Below, piece by piece: positions 25,201 through 39,144 of a stretch of DNA of 64,000 nucleotides. Under the pieces are notes generated by a model. That model made no database searches. It was not told the origin of the DNA and saw nothing but the letters and a program-made list of their open reading frames with translations. Both the position numbers and the translations under genes were made by a program. Origin of the DNA: Leucoraja ocellata (Eukaryota); NCBI GenBank assembly GCA_036785375.1, contig JAWMAR010000138.1, positions 2,480,001 to 2,544,000 of the forward strand. The letters are read 5' to 3'. How positions within the stretch are numbered: the stretch's first letter is position 1; each line of letters begins with the position of its first letter.

Positions 25201-28200
25201 TTTTACTTCGGAGTCACGTGAGTGATTCCGTGAAGACCCCAGCTCCAGTGCGCATGCGGCATAATCGCACAGCGTGCAGAACGTGGCCAGCGGGAGTCGG
25301 CAGCTCCCGCATCCAGGGACGAGAGGTAAGTACTTACCTTAATCGGGCCTTGTGTTTTTTGCTCCAGGGGGAGCAAAGTGAGGCATGGTGAGCGGCCCCG
25401 TTTCGACTCCAGCGTGGAGCCGACAGTGGACGGGGAAAAGGCGCTACCCGGACCGCACAGGCTGCGGACCGCTGCAAGGAGCTGCGCTAATGCCGGTCCG
25501 ATGAACAGCTGTTTGGTAACAGCAGCGGACCGGCGGGAAATTTAAAAAACCCGACCGGCAGCCCTGCAGACTCCTGACAAGGAGAATCACCGCCCGGGAA
25601 CCGCCACAATGCCGCCTGGAAAACGGCAGGCAGCCTCTACATGCAGGTAAGAGAAAAATCTTACCAATTTACAGGTTCTACAGGAGCCAACTTCCTCCAA
25701 AACTGTAACAGGTTGGAGAAGGCAAAAATAAGAGTATCTGTCTCCCCAAGCCAGAGGAGGTCATGGAATTTACCTCCAGGAGAAAAGGGGCACTGGCTGA
25801 ATGCCAAGGGAGCTGACTCCTACCCCAGTGCTATTGCACTAGCCATCTCCCTTGTCGAGGGATTGATGCAACAGCGGAGTTTGAGCTATGCCTCCTCCAA
25901 TTTAGCTTTTTGAGGCTAGCTAAGGAGGCCAGGGCTGGGCTGGCTTAAACGCTGGGCAGGCGGACGAGAACAGCAGTATGCCAGGGGAGCAGGATCAGGA
26001 AGAGCTACTGGGTGTCGTGGGCCACTACATGGCTCCTCCACGCGACCATCTTCCCAACAAAGCCCTGCAGGAACAGGCCTTTCCAGAGGCAAATCCGCAG
26101 GCAGCTGGGTCTAGTAGACTCGCAGACAAGCAGCGAATTCTACAGAAGGTCAAGATGTTACCACCTTTGCTCGCCTTTTCCACGGATTATATTTTCCCAG
26201 GATAAGGACTATCCCTTTGCACTACCAGGGTGCTGACGCCTAAGATGTTCCCAAATTTGGGATATTCGACTGAACAATGGTGCATATAGACCTGCCCGCA
26301 ACCCCGAATATATGGGGCTATGCAAACCGCTGCTGCGGGAAGAGAGGCAGCTAAACCTGTGCGCCTCATGAAGGCAGGCTATGGGACGAGCAGGACATCG
26401 CATCCAACACCCAGCTGGCAGCACCCCTCGGCATCCACCAGCGATATCAAACAAGGACTGGTGAAAGCCTGGCGACCGCTTCACATTACCCCCATAGTTC
26501 TTTTTAGACGGGGCCCAGAGCGGAGCCGTGGGAAGATGCGCCGCCCCACCGACAGCACCAGCATACCAGCAAACTACGCCTTCATGAAAAAACAACAAGC
26601 ATGGAGGTAGGTAGTCTGGTTCCTCCCAGTTTACACTAAAACAAGGGTGTTCTACTAACTGCATGGGGGGGGGCATTTACACTTGTGGATAAAGCATGGG
26701 ATGCTGTCACAAATAACTAAAATATACTCAACAGTATTAGAGGATAAAAACGAATTCAAATTGGGCATATTACCGCCAGTTCAGCAATGCGCCCAAAGGG
26801 CATTTTCTCCCTCTAAGAAAAGAGAAGTGAGAAGGCAAGCTGAACTAAAAAGGCTCATTACTAAACGGATTGGGAGTAAAAATGAACCATTGGAATTTGT
26901 ATCGAATATATTCACCAAAACTATAAAAGATGGTGAATGTAGCATCATCAATGATCTAATATCACTAAATAAATCTGTTGAGTATATCCACTTTAAGATG
27001 GAGACGGGGTTTTGTCACTGCCAGACATCTGATCTCCCAAGGATACCTATGGGGAGCATTGATATGGAAGATGCTAACTATCTTATACCCATACACTAGG
27101 ATCATTATAGATACCTAAAAATATTTACCTGGATCATGGATATCCCGGTTAGGGCAACCATGGGAGCATATAGCATTTCATATGGTCTAAACCTCAGCCC
27201 TAAACTATTATAAATGGCCATGAAAATATTAAGAAAACAAGATCATGGCATATATTGGATGATATCCTCATATTAGGGGAAACAAAGGAATTAGCTGTGG
27301 CAGCAGTTCTAGCTACGAAACAGCTCCCTAAAGCTGAGGTTCATCCCACGCCCAGAAAACCAGAATTGAAGCGTTACTACCAAGGATTATCTGGGCTTCA
27401 ATAATAATTCCGTCCATATGACTGTTACTTTGCCAAGATACTTGGGTCACTATAATCAAATCATGAATGTACCCACTGAAGCTATATCACAATTAAGGTG
27501 GTGGGCAGACATATATTTGGCATAGTTTTCAGCCCTATTATCACCACCAATCCCAACTTGGTTATTTAAAAACCAATGCCAGTACTTTAGGCTGGGGAGC
27601 AACTAAACTCCATATCCAGCACAGGTAACAGATGGACCAAGTCACAAACATCGTTACTACACATACCGGGCATCAACTACTTGGGATTGGTGATCGCCTA
27701 TTGGGCTAAAAAGCATATCCATTTCAAATGCAGCACGTACATATGTGGTTACGGATTGATAATACTATGGTGGTGGCTTATATCAACCATATGGGGAGCA
27801 TAATAATCATTATTGTGCAACAAATTGGTCAAACAAATCTGGCAATGGTGTGTCAAAAGACATTTTAACTATCAGCTGCCTATGTCCTAGGAAGCTAGAA
27901 CACAGTGGGAGACACCATGTCACGGGGTAAAATTTATGATTACATTGAATAGATGTCAAACCCAAAATATCTGCTAAAGTTATTAAGCAGTTTGAAAGCC
28001 AGATATCAATTGGTTGCACAAGACGGAATCACCAGTAACCTATGTATGTGACTAAGGAACCAGATTAGAGGCAGCAGCGATAGATGCCTACACGCTGGAA
28101 GGGGGAATTTTGCTTTGCCTTCCTCCCTTCTGCCTCATCAGACGGGCACTTTACAATACAGATGGGATCTGTCTCCGAAATATTGATCGTGCCCGACCGG

Positions 28201-29890
28201 CCTACACAGCCATGGTTCCCAGTTCATTACGACATGGTGGGCGAGTCACCTATGGATTTCCCTAGTGGACCATGGTTGCTGACTCAACCCAGTATCAGGC
28301 ATAAGCCACCCATGCCAGGGAAACATCAAACTCCTGGGTGCAGGTTTTGAATAGACCTTACCAGGGACTGGGATTATCCAAAGGAACCATTACCACCATG
28401 TCGGCATCCCTGCGAACAGTCACTAAAAGCTAACATGGGTAAAATACTGCCACGACGCAGGGACAACGAACTATTCAACCACTGACGTATTGGAGTTCCT
28501 GGAACATCTACACCATGACTAAAAGGTGAGTTACAGTGCCGTAAATACAGCATGGAGCGCCTTATCTGCTTATCTAAAACAGCATGTCAGCAGAGCATGG
28601 GATCCCATCCACTGAAGGTAACCATAATATAGGGCAACTATAATATAAGCCCCAAACACCCAGGTATATACCCATGTATGGGATATTGGTGTGATATTGA
28701 CATATCTCAGAGAATGGCACCAGCCAGATCCCTCAGCTCGCTTAATCTATGTTTCAAAAAACGCTCATGCTTATGGCTCTTGTACACGCTCACAGAGTCC
28801 GGTCACTCCATAAACCAGACTGGATAACATGGTGATTACCCCAGACGCATCACGTTCATATTTAGGTCTGGTAAAATCTAACTCGCAGGTATATGGGACT
28901 AGGCGAGATTATGAGTTCGGCTCGAACTAGTAGGGTCGAGATCGCCTGTGTTTTCCGTGCTGTAGTCGTTATATGACTATATGGACCAGGAACGCCCAAT
29001 TCACTGGTGGGATTCCGGGCCTACCCACCAGAATCCAGGTTGAGTGTGGTGACCCATCTACTACTATATATAGACACAACCCACAATCTTAGAGGGAGAG
29101 GAAAGCCTATGGGTCAACCACAGTAACCCAAGACGGGGTATGAGCCAAACCACTCCAAGGTGGCTCAAACAGGTACTGAAAACTGCCGGAATAGATAATA
29201 ATACATTTAATCCCATTCCACTAGGGCAGCATTGGTATCAGCGGCTGAATGAATGGATATCCCGGTTGACCACATTTTCCATACAACAGAATGGTCAAGG
29301 GAACGGCGTTCAGAACATTTTTTATTATAAACCGTTGATAAACCTGATTTAATTGCAGGAGAATATTACAAACTGCAATATTAATTTAAGCTCAGAGGAG
29401 CTCTTTTATGTTGTTATTGTTAACAAATACCTTTCTGTTTCTTTTGAAATCAGATCCACTGGTTGATTACGATAACACTTCCTCCCTCATAAACTTCGGC
29501 AGTGAGTGAAATAAAAACTGTTACACGGTTTGAAATCACAGACCTTTGAAGTCTTCACGGAATCACTCACGTGACTCCGAAGTAAAATAGTAAGATTAAA
29601 CGAGTACTTACCAGTACGAAGTTTGATCAGTATTTTATGAGGAGTTACGGTGAGGGATTAAGTGCCCGCCGCTCCCACCCTCATTATACAGATCAAACTA
29701 GTAAACTGATGTCTCGTGATCTTTACTATCTTACTTCAAATATTGTGTCTATTCTGTGATGTCACACCGCTGCTTCGAAGTATGCCGCATGCGCACTGGA
29801 GCTGGGGTCTTCACTTAATCCCTCACCGTAACTCCTCATAAAATACAGATCAAACTTCGTACTGGTAAGTACTCGTTTAATCTTACTATT
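25201..29890 (+). mobile_element. DIRS1-type tyrosine-recombinase retrotransposon, full-length, ORFs decayed
   Basis: Inverted termini 25230-25263 / 29781-29814. ICR 29551-29587 is the exact complement of 25201-25237; 29586-29664 is complementary to 29812-29890 with 1 mismatch. RT remnants (FVSNIF..KDG..LN..HFKMET, SIDMEDAxY.IPIH, xDDILI), RNase H (TNAS..GWGA, DNTMVVAYINHMG), methyltransferase-like ILIVPDxPTQPWFP, YR remnants (RWLKQVLKTAGID, FYYKP). Confidence 0.93.
28885..28985 (+). mobile_element. Short CR1 3' tail inserted in the DIRS YR region
   Basis: Similar to the CR1 tail at about 9490-9585 (gcaggtatatgggactagg...gggtcgagat...ttccgtgctgta). Confidence 0.65.
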
Positions 29891-31025
29891 AAATGACAAA
29901 TCCACTCCAGGTTGTGGCATCTGAACTGGCCAATGGGACCAATATCATAATCACTGCCTCTTTCACAGGGCTGGGATGGAAGAATAGTTCCTTCCACTGC
30001 TTACACATGTTCATAAGGTCATAAATTATAGGACCAGAATTAGACCATTCGGCCCATCTAGTCTATTCCGCCTTTCATTCATGGCTAATCTATCTTTCCC
30101 TCTCAACCACATTCTCTTGCCTTCTCCCCAAAATCCTTGACACCTGTACTAATCAAGAATCCACCAATATCTGCTTTAAAAACATCCATTGACGGCCTCC
30201 ACAGCCGTCTGTGGCAATAAATTCCATAGATTTACTATGGCTTACTCCTGAACCTATTGTCTATTGTCTATTGCCCATTACACACTGACTAAATAAATTC
30301 CTTCACATTTCCTTTACAAAGGCATGTCCTTTAATTCTGAGTCTGTGGCCTCTTGTCCTAGACTCTCCCAAAGGCGGAAACATCCTCTCCACACCAACTC
30401 TATCAGGCATGTCACTGTTCGGTAAGTTTCAATGAGGTGCCCCCTCATCCTTCTAAACTCCAGTGAGAGCAGTGCTGTCGAACGTTCATCATATGTTAAC
30501 GCAATCACTTCTCGGATCATTCTCATTAACCTCCTCTGGACCCTCTCTAACACCAACATCATCCTTCCTTGGATACTATATTCTCAAGGCTTATTTCTGT
30601 TTGGTCCTGATGCATGGATACCAACAACATCCTGAAAGCTTCTTCTCCAGCTGAGCATATTTGGACTAGAGGTTCCCAGGGAACAGTGGGATTCCTGTTT
30701 TTTGGCTCTTCGTCAGGAAGGCTTTAAGGAGTGCACCTTTGATCCTTCTCCTTTGTCTACCTGATGCTCACCTCTGTCGACAGAGCACAGAATAATATGT
30801 CTACAATGGTACAATAGCTTCTACCAGCGATCTGTCATGAACCAACTATATTGATACGACAGCCAAGAAGAAACACTAATGCCTTCACTTCCTTAGGAGA
30901 CTGAGGAATTTTGGCAGTGGGCTGGGACACTCTGGTGACCATTGGGATGGGACACTCTGGTGACCATTGGGATGGGGCACTCACGGTGAGCATTGGGCCG
31001 GGCCAATCGCAGAAAACAGGCCTAA

Positions 31026-31541
31026 AGCCCCTGTGCCACTCTCACGACCTAATTGGCGACCTCTGCCGAGTTTGTCCTTGACTCATACTCGCAGCATGGT
31101 CGCCACGAGGTCGTAGGAGGTCTCCGTAACTCTTCCTCATGCTCGTGTGTGGTCTCCGTGTACTCGTGGCTTCAAGTAGGCCGTGGCGTTTTTTCCAGCC
31201 TGATAGAAATGTCCACGAGTAAAAAAAAGGCCGGCATGGAAAAAAATGATGCTTTTTACTAGTAGGTCGGTCGTAGAGGGTTGTGATGGTAGTCGTGGGT
31301 CAGTAACTGGCCCGAGAAAAAAAATGCAAACATGACATCATTTTATCATGTGATCATTTTCCATTCGTAGCTAGTCGTAGGTGGTCTTAGGTGTGGAAGA
31401 CTGAGGTCGAGGGGGGTCTCAGGAGGTCGTAGACATAGTCGTAGGAGGTCTTTTACTTTGGCGAGTCAACACGGCCTTGACACATTTTTCAACTCGTCTA
31501 GAGTCTTCCAAACTCGTGGTCATCCAAGTGGGACAGGCCCT
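31026..31541. mobile_element. Harbinger-family MITE
   Basis: Ends AGCCCCTGTGCCACT / AGTGGGACAGGCCCT with TAA on both sides. Internal (GGTCGTA)-type subrepeats are shared with the 61617-63455 element. Confidence 0.8.
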
Positions 31542-31939
31542 TAATTCACACACCGAGGACCAACCTGAGAGGAGGTCTAGTCCGCCACGGACCGGCAACG
31601 GGTCGGGCGGGCTCAACCATCGCGGACAAATCATCCCCAAGCCGTGCCACTGAGAGTACGATGGACCAGTGGGAGGGAGCGATAGGGGATGCCGGTGGCG
31701 GGCCACTGAGAACAGTGGGGGGGAACCCGGCGAGAACAAGGGTGAGGGGTGGGGAGGGAGTGACGGAGCTGCTGCCATGTGCAGCAGTAGACAGGACTCT
31801 CCGATACTTTTCTAACTTTGTCGACGTCAACACGTGGCGACACGCGTGTACTGCCTCGGTCATGTGTGAAATAAAGCTTTTCACTACACCTAGTGTGAGA
31901 TGTGACAATAACATATTATTAATTCAGTCATGTCTACGG

Positions 31940-32425
31940 TGACTGATTCCTTGGATGTCAGGACTGTCTTATGAAGATAGATTGGATAGACTTGGTTTAT
32001 ACTCTCTAGAATTTAGGAGATTGAGAGGGGATCTTATAGAAACTTACAAAATTCTTAAGGGGTTGGACAGGCTAGATGCAGGAAGATTGTTCCCGATGTT
32101 AGGGAAGTCCAGGACAAGGGGTCACAGCTTAAGGATAAGGGGAAAATCCTTTAAAACCGAGATGAGAAGAACTTTTTTCACACAGAGAGTGGTGAATCTC
32201 TGGAACTCTCTGCCACAGAGGGTAGTTGAGGCCAGTTCATTGGCTATATTTAAGAGGGAGTTAGATGTGGCCCTTGTGGCTAAGGGGATCAGGGGGTATG
32301 GAGAGAAGGCAGGTGCGGGATACTGAGTTGGATGATCAGCCATGATCATATTGAATGGAGGTGCAGGCTCGAAGGGCCGAATGGCCTACTCCTGCACCTA
32401 ATTTCTATGTTTCTATGTTTCTATG
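31940..32425 (+). mobile_element. Young CR1/HER1 3' fragment
   Basis: ORF 31955-32326; (TTTCTATG)n tail. Confidence 0.9.
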
Positions 32426-33979
32426 TGACTGAAAACATCTATGATGCACCGTAGAGAGCAAACTGTGGCTTGCTTGGTTTGGGAACAGCTAGGAGTTGCA
32501 GCACATTGTAGATGTAGTCCAGTTCATTCCACAGACCTTTTGAAGGCAGAACGAGGTGTAGCTGGAGTCAATGGTCTCCGTGATGGGCTGGGCTACATCC
32601 ACAACTTTCTACAATTTCTTCTGGTCTTGTGCAAGCTATTCCCTGAGGGTTTTGACTGTCTGTCCTATCTATGAGTAGGAAGGAACTGCAGATGCTGGTT
32701 TAAAGCGAAGATAGGCACAAAAAGCTGGAGGAACTCAGCGGGCCAGGCAGCATCTCTGGAGAGAAGGAATGGGAACGTTTTGGGTCTTAAGAAGGATCTT
32801 GACCAGAAACGTCACCCATTTCTCCTCCAGAGATGTTGCCTCTCTCGCTGAGTTACTCCAGCTTTTTGTGTCTATGTCCTATCTATGACATGCTACAGGT
32901 CTCCATTCAAACTCCAGCTTTCTAGGGAAAACAAGCTAAGCTAATACTCTCTAATCCTGGTAAACCGCACCTGCACCGATTACAAATCCTTCCTGTCGTG
33001 GGGTGACCAGAAAAGCATGCAATGCCCCAAATATGTTGTAACGAAGTGTGCAGGAAGGAACTGCGGATACTGGTTTATACTGAAGATAGACTATCTTTGA
33101 TCAGACTTTGCTTGCTTTACCTTCCACCATACACTAAACGATATTCCCTTATCATGCAGCTGTACACTGTGTATGGCTCGATTGTAATCATGGATTGCTT
33201 TTCCGCTGGCTGGATAGCACGCAACAATATCTTTCCACCTAACCTTGTAACACGTGACAATAAACTAAACTAAATTAAACTAAACTAGATGCAAAGTGCT
33301 GGAGTAACTACCACTAATATCTTTCAATAAATATTTAATTTATGAACTTATTTAATCAGTCCTCTTTTCTCTACCACTTGTTTTAACTCGATGTGAAATC
33401 ATTTTGCAGACCAGCATACACCATTAACATTCAAGTATATTTTACGTACTCAATCAAGTCTGTTTTTTGTGAAATTGGGACTCAGAAATGATGTCAAAAT
33501 TCACACAGAGTGCTGGAGTATTTCAGCGGTCAGGCAGCATCTTTGGAGAATATGGACAGGTGACATCTCAGGTCGGGACCCCTTTACTGTCTGCCCAATT
33601 ATATTCTCCAGACATGCTGCCTGACCCACTGAGTTACTGCAGCATGTTGTGTTTTTATTTGTAAACCAGCCCCTGCTCTTCCTCATGTTTACATAATTCA
33701 CAGGTTTTAAGGTCACTTCATATTTTTACCGTTTCATTTCCCCTTGCATTGTGAATAACAGAGTGTAAAGCATCAAGTAACTATTTTCAAAAGAACCCAA
33801 AGTGCTGAAGTCCAGCTTTCTTCTCCCCTCTATAATCAGTCGAAAGAAGGGTCCCGACCCAAAATATCACCTCCATGTCCTCCAGCGATGCTGTCTGACC
33901 TGCTGAGCTACGCCAGCATTGTGTGGCCTTTAGTGTATTACCCAACACCTGCGTCTCTTTATTTCTACCAGCATCTAAT

Positions 33980-34032
33980 CTTCCTGTCAGCGTCATCTAG
34001 TGTGGTTTCAATAGTGGCTTCAAAGTGAAACT
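33980..34032 (+). promoter_or_regulatory. Lymphocyte-type proximal promoter motif cluster of the CD7-like gene
   Basis: ETS CTTCCTG (33980-33986), CRE half-site GCGTCA (33990-33995), RUNX TGTGGTTT (34001-34008), TCF/LEF TTCAAAG (34019-34025) and IRF/ISRE-like AAAGTGAAACT (34022-34032), all 60-115 bp upstream of the ATG. Confidence 0.55.
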
Positions 34033-34093
34033 TGCTTAGAACACCAGCTCAGATTTTAAATTTTTTGACAGAAGCAACCAGCAAGGAAGAAAT

Positions 34094-34151
34094 ATGGCTG
34101 TGCAAATATTCCTCTGCTTTTCGTTTTTATTCTTTCCAATGTTAACTGCAG
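34094..34151 (+). CDS. CD7: CD7-like receptor exon 1 (signal peptide MAVQIFLCFSFLFFPMLTA-G)
   Basis: Good Kozak context aatATGG, 19-aa hydrophobic leader, donor GCAG|gtaaga, phase 1 compatible with the IgV exon. Confidence 0.75.
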
Positions 34152-34714
34152 GTAAGAACCAACTTCCAATGAAGTCTCATGAATTTTAAATAATAACTGC
34201 ACACCAGAAATGTTTTGCCGCACTTGTTTGTTCCTCTACAGGCTTGTGGTCAGAAGTGATCGTATATGTTCAATCTTCCTTTGGGATAGCCTTTGACAAA
34301 TATTGTCCCTGCACTGTAGAAACAAGGAATTGCAGGTGTTAGTTTGCAACAAGAATGACACAGAGGGCTGGAGTAACTCAGCGGGTCAGGCATCAACCCT
34401 GGAGAACATGGATAGGCGATGGTTCGTGTCGGGACCATTCTTCTGTCCCGACCTGAAACATCACCTATCCATGTTCTTCATTGCCAAGGAACTAATCCCT
34501 TCATCTGCGATTCTTCTTAAATCCCAGAGTTTAGGATAGATTTTCCAAATCTAGGTTCTGTGGTCTAATGTTTAATTTTCTCATTCTTGTGGTACATTTT
34601 GGGATGTGTTTCTATATTGGTAAGAAATTATAAAAATGCATGCTATCCTTTTCTTGTGCTATCTTGAACCGTGATCTTCATTAGAGCATTTCAACTTGTT
34701 CTCTCCAGTGTAAA

Positions 34715-35320
34715 TAGAGTTATAGAGTTATAGAACCATAGAGTCTTACAGCATGGAAACAGGCCCTTCCGTCCAACTTGCCCACGCCGGCCAACATCCC
34801 GTCTACACTTGTCCCACCTGCCTGCAGGTAGCCCACATCCCTTTAAACCTGTCCTATCCATGTACCTGTCTATATAATTCTTAAGCATTGTGATAGTGCC
34901 TGCCTCAACTATCTCCTCTGGCAACTCGTTCCATACGCCGACCACCTTTTGTGTGAAAAGGTAACCCATCAGGTTCTTATTAAATCTTTCCCCCCTCACC
35001 TTAAACCTATGTCCTCTGGTTCTCAATTCCCTTACTCTGTACAAGAGATTCTATGCTTTTGCCTCTCATGTACAGCTCTATAAATAAGAACATCCCTCAT
35101 CGTCCTGCAGTCCAAGAAATAGAGTCCGAGCCTGCCCAGCCTCTCCCTTAAGCTCAAGCCCTCGAGTGCTGACAAGGTTATAAATCTTCTCTGCACCCTT
35201 TCCAGTTTGATAACATCTATCCTATAACTTGGTGCCCAAAACTGAACACAATACTCTAAATGTGGCTTCACCAATGTCTTACACAATTGCAGCTTGATCT
35301 CCCAACTTCTATACTTAAAT
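34715..35320 (-). mobile_element. Older CR1 3' fragment
   Basis: KTLVKPHLEYCVQFWAP, RTRGHRFKVRGERF, FTQKVVGVWNELP. Confidence 0.8.
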
Positions 35321-36187
35321 ATTAATATAATCCCAATACAAACCAATCAACATTGAAGCAGTTGATGTTCTTCTGTCTGAAGAAGGGTCTTGACCCAAAA
35401 CGATGCCTATTCCTTCACCATAGATACTGAGTTGAGCAGTCGAGGACTCTATTTCTTGGACTGTAGGATGATGAGCATTCTCCAGTATTTTTTGTCTATC
35501 TTTGATTGTTCCGGCATCTACAGTTCCGTCTTAAACATGAAAGCAATGATACCTAACTATGTTTTACAATCCTTGGTCGTTAAAGCTGCAAATAATTGAA
35601 CTAATTTAAAAGGTTTTAAACAAAAGATAAATTCTGCAATACCGATAAGGAATCTATCATGAAAAATCAAGCTAATCTTTATAGAATTAGTTTTTATATA
35701 TTTGTGACCTTCAAAATGATGTTGGGTTTGAAAGTGTTGTATTAAAATTCATTACATACAAAAAATGAACGCTGTAAACCAAAATCTCATTGGAACATCC
35801 AAAAATATATATTTTAAACTTTCATAGTGAGGAATAGACTTTGGAGTCGCCTCTCTTTGAAAAGCAAATGATATATTGCATTTGCTGGGAAATAAATTGC
35901 TGGGATATTCCACAAGACAGGTCGTATATGTAAAGAGAAAACAAATTAAAGTTTCAGATCAAGAATTATTCTATTTCCTAGCTCCTCTTTTTAGGAATAT
36001 TACCTTATCATCTATAACAATTGAAATGTAGGCACAAAAGAAAGAAGGGCCTATTTCCGTTCTGTAATCCGTATATGTTTATATATGTTTATATCAAAGA
36101 TTAAGAAATAAATGAGCAGAAACAGTGGTGGAGGAACTCAGCGGGTTAGGCAGCATCTCCAGAGGGAATGAACAGACAACATTTCAA

Positions 36188-36562
36188 GACATAGAAACAT
36201 AGAAACATAGAAAATAGGTGCAGGAGTAGGCCATTCGGCCCTTCGAGCCTGCACTGCCATTTGATATGATCATGGCTGATCATCCAACTCAGTATCCCAT
36301 CCCTGCCTTCTTTCCATACCCCCTGATCCCTTGAGCCACAAGGGCCACATCTAACTCCCTCTTAAATATAGCCAATGAACTGGCCTCAATTACCTTCTGT
36401 GGCAGAGAATTCCACAGATTCACCACTCTCTGTGTAAAAAATGATTTCCTCATCTCAGTCCTAAAAGTCTTCCCTCTTATCTTTAAACTGTGACCCCTAG
36501 TTCTGGACTTCCCCAACATCGGGAATAATCTTCCTGCATCTAGCCTGTCCAACCCCTTAAGA
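36188..36562 (-). mobile_element. Young CR1/HER1 3' fragment (CD7-like intron 1); further copies at about 38895-39145, 49120-49385 and 62214-62513
   Basis: ORF 36289-36606 (-); shared tail. Confidence 0.85.
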
Positions 36563-39144
36563 CCCTTCCTCCGACTGAGTGAAACAAACGTTCTTTTGCC
36601 CCTCAAACCCGTACTGTTTCAACAAATCTTATTCGACATTTCTTTAATTTTAAATATTTAGGTTTAAGAAACTGTCTCAAAATTAGGTTATTTTATTCTT
36701 GAACATTTTAATTGCATGTTTTAATTCTTAGATTCTAAGCATCTTAATATGTTTCAATTACATTTAAATATTTGTAAAGTAAAAGTTGGAGTTCTTATGG
36801 ATTTGCAATAATCATTGTAAATGATTGCAGTTACCACAACCCAGGTTTGGCAATGTCAAAGGCTAGAGGCCATTGCTTTAAAGTAAGAGGGGCAACATTT
36901 AAACAAGACAGGATTTTTACACAGAGAGTGGTGGCTGCCTGGGGCAGTGGTGGAGGTAGATATGATAGTGGCATTTAAGAGGCTTATTGATAGGCGCATG
37001 GATAGGCAGGGAATGGAGGGATATAGATTATGTGCAAGCAGCGGAGATTAGTTTAACTTAGTGTCATGTTCGGCAGGGACATGACGCCCAGTGGAGGATT
37101 GCGGACGCAGCTCAGACTATCACACAAACCAACCTCCCTTCCATTGACTCCATCTACACCTCACGCTGCCTCGACAAAGGCCAGCAGCACAATCAAGGGC
37201 AAGACGCACCCCGGCCACTCCTTCCTCTCCCCTCCCCCATTGGGCAAGAGGTACAGAAATGTGAAAACGCACACCTCCAGACTCAGGGACTCTTTCTTGG
37301 ATTCTTGGTTTCATAGTTCTCCAAAATATTCCAAATGGAATTTAAACTGGAGGTGGTTTCTTCCCAGCTACCATCAGGCATCTGAACCATTCTACCAACA
37401 ACTAGAGAGCAGGCCTGAGCTACTATCTACCTCATTGGAGACCCTCAGAATATCTTTGATCCAACTTTATTGGATGTTATCCTGCTTTAAACGTTATTGA
37501 CGTTTTGCCTTTATCTTGTATCTATACGCTACAGAGCGCTTGACTGTAAGCATGTATTCTCTTTCCGTTGACTTGTTAGCACGCAACAAAACATTGGTAC
37601 ACTTGATAATAAACTAAACTAAAAAAACGAATCCATTGATTGTGAAGTCAATTCTGTTCATTGCATATCATTTTACTGTGTAACATGTATGGAGACATGC
37701 ACACCTTAATGTTGAGTATGCATGGTGCTTTGTCCAGCATGATCTCCTGTATTCCTCAATGGACCAGAGTGGATCTTATTGCTTAGAAGTAACAATATCT
37801 TGAGGGATAGGCCAGGCTTTGAGGCCAGGCTTTGGCAGCAATGTCAATGTGAAGCAAAATGTGCACACAATGTTTTGGGGATATGATGAAATTTCATCAG
37901 GTGACCACAGGAAAAACGTTGGTGAAAACTTGAAGTCATTAAACAGCTATCACCTGCTAGACTCATGAGACTTGAGAGAAACAGTGCGGAAACAGACCCT
38001 TCAGCCCATGGATTCCGCACTGACCTGCGATCTTCTCATACATTAACATTTTCCTACACACTAGGGACAATTTACAATTTACAGAAGGCAACTAACCTAC
38101 AAACCTGTGAGTCTTTTGAGTGTGGGAAGACACCGGATCACTCAGAGAAAACCCATGCAGTCACAAGGCAAATATACAAACTGTATACAGACAGCACCCG
38201 TGGTCAGGATCAAACCCAGGTCTCTGGTCTGTAAGGCAGCAGCTGTACAATTGTACCATCATGCCATCCGCCTCCTTTGATAAAAACAGAAAATGCCCAA
38301 AATACTCAGCAGGTTGGGCAGCATCTGTGGGAGGAGAAACAGAGTGAGCATTTCAGATTGGGACCCCTTCCTTAGAGCTGGTCTTCCTTCTTCTTCCTAA
38401 TCCTAATGAAAGGTCTTCAACCTGAAACGTTAATTTTGCTTCTCTTCCCACGGATGTCGCCTGACCTGCTGAGTAGCTCCAGCATTTTCTGTTTATATTT
38501 CAAGTTTCCCTCACCTGCAATATTTTGTTTGTTTTTGTAGCCTCCTTTGATTTGAAGACCAAAAAAGTAGATACATACCACGAGCAGGAGGACTGCAGAA
38601 TGAAATTATATTCTGGACATTACTGCAGTCAATGATAAGTCAATAGATTTTTTACTGCAACTTTTGCTGCAGAACCAAAGATCAGACCGCAACTTTGCAA
38701 AATAATCTGCAGCCAGTGAATAAAAGAAAAGGGAGAGATTAGATCATAGAACAGAGAACACAGAACATAGAACAGTGTTGTATAGTATAGGAACAGTTCA
38801 TTTGGCCCACAATGTCTGTGCCGAATATTATGCCAGCCAAACTCTTATCTGCCTGCACATGTTCCTTATCCCTCCTTCTTTTCTTAGGCCCCCTTGACAC
38901 AGAGAGTGGTGAATCTCTGTAACTCTCTGCCACAGAGGGTAGTTGAGGCCAGTTCATTGGCTATATTTAAGAGGGAGTTAGATGTGGCCCTTGTGGTTAA
39001 GGGGATCAGAGGGTATGGAGAGAAGGCAGGTACGGGATACTGAGTTGGATGATCAGCCATGATCATATTGAGTGGCGGTGTTGGCTCGAAGGGCCGAATG
39101 GCCTACTCCTGCACCTAATTTCTATGTTTCTATGTTTCTATGTT

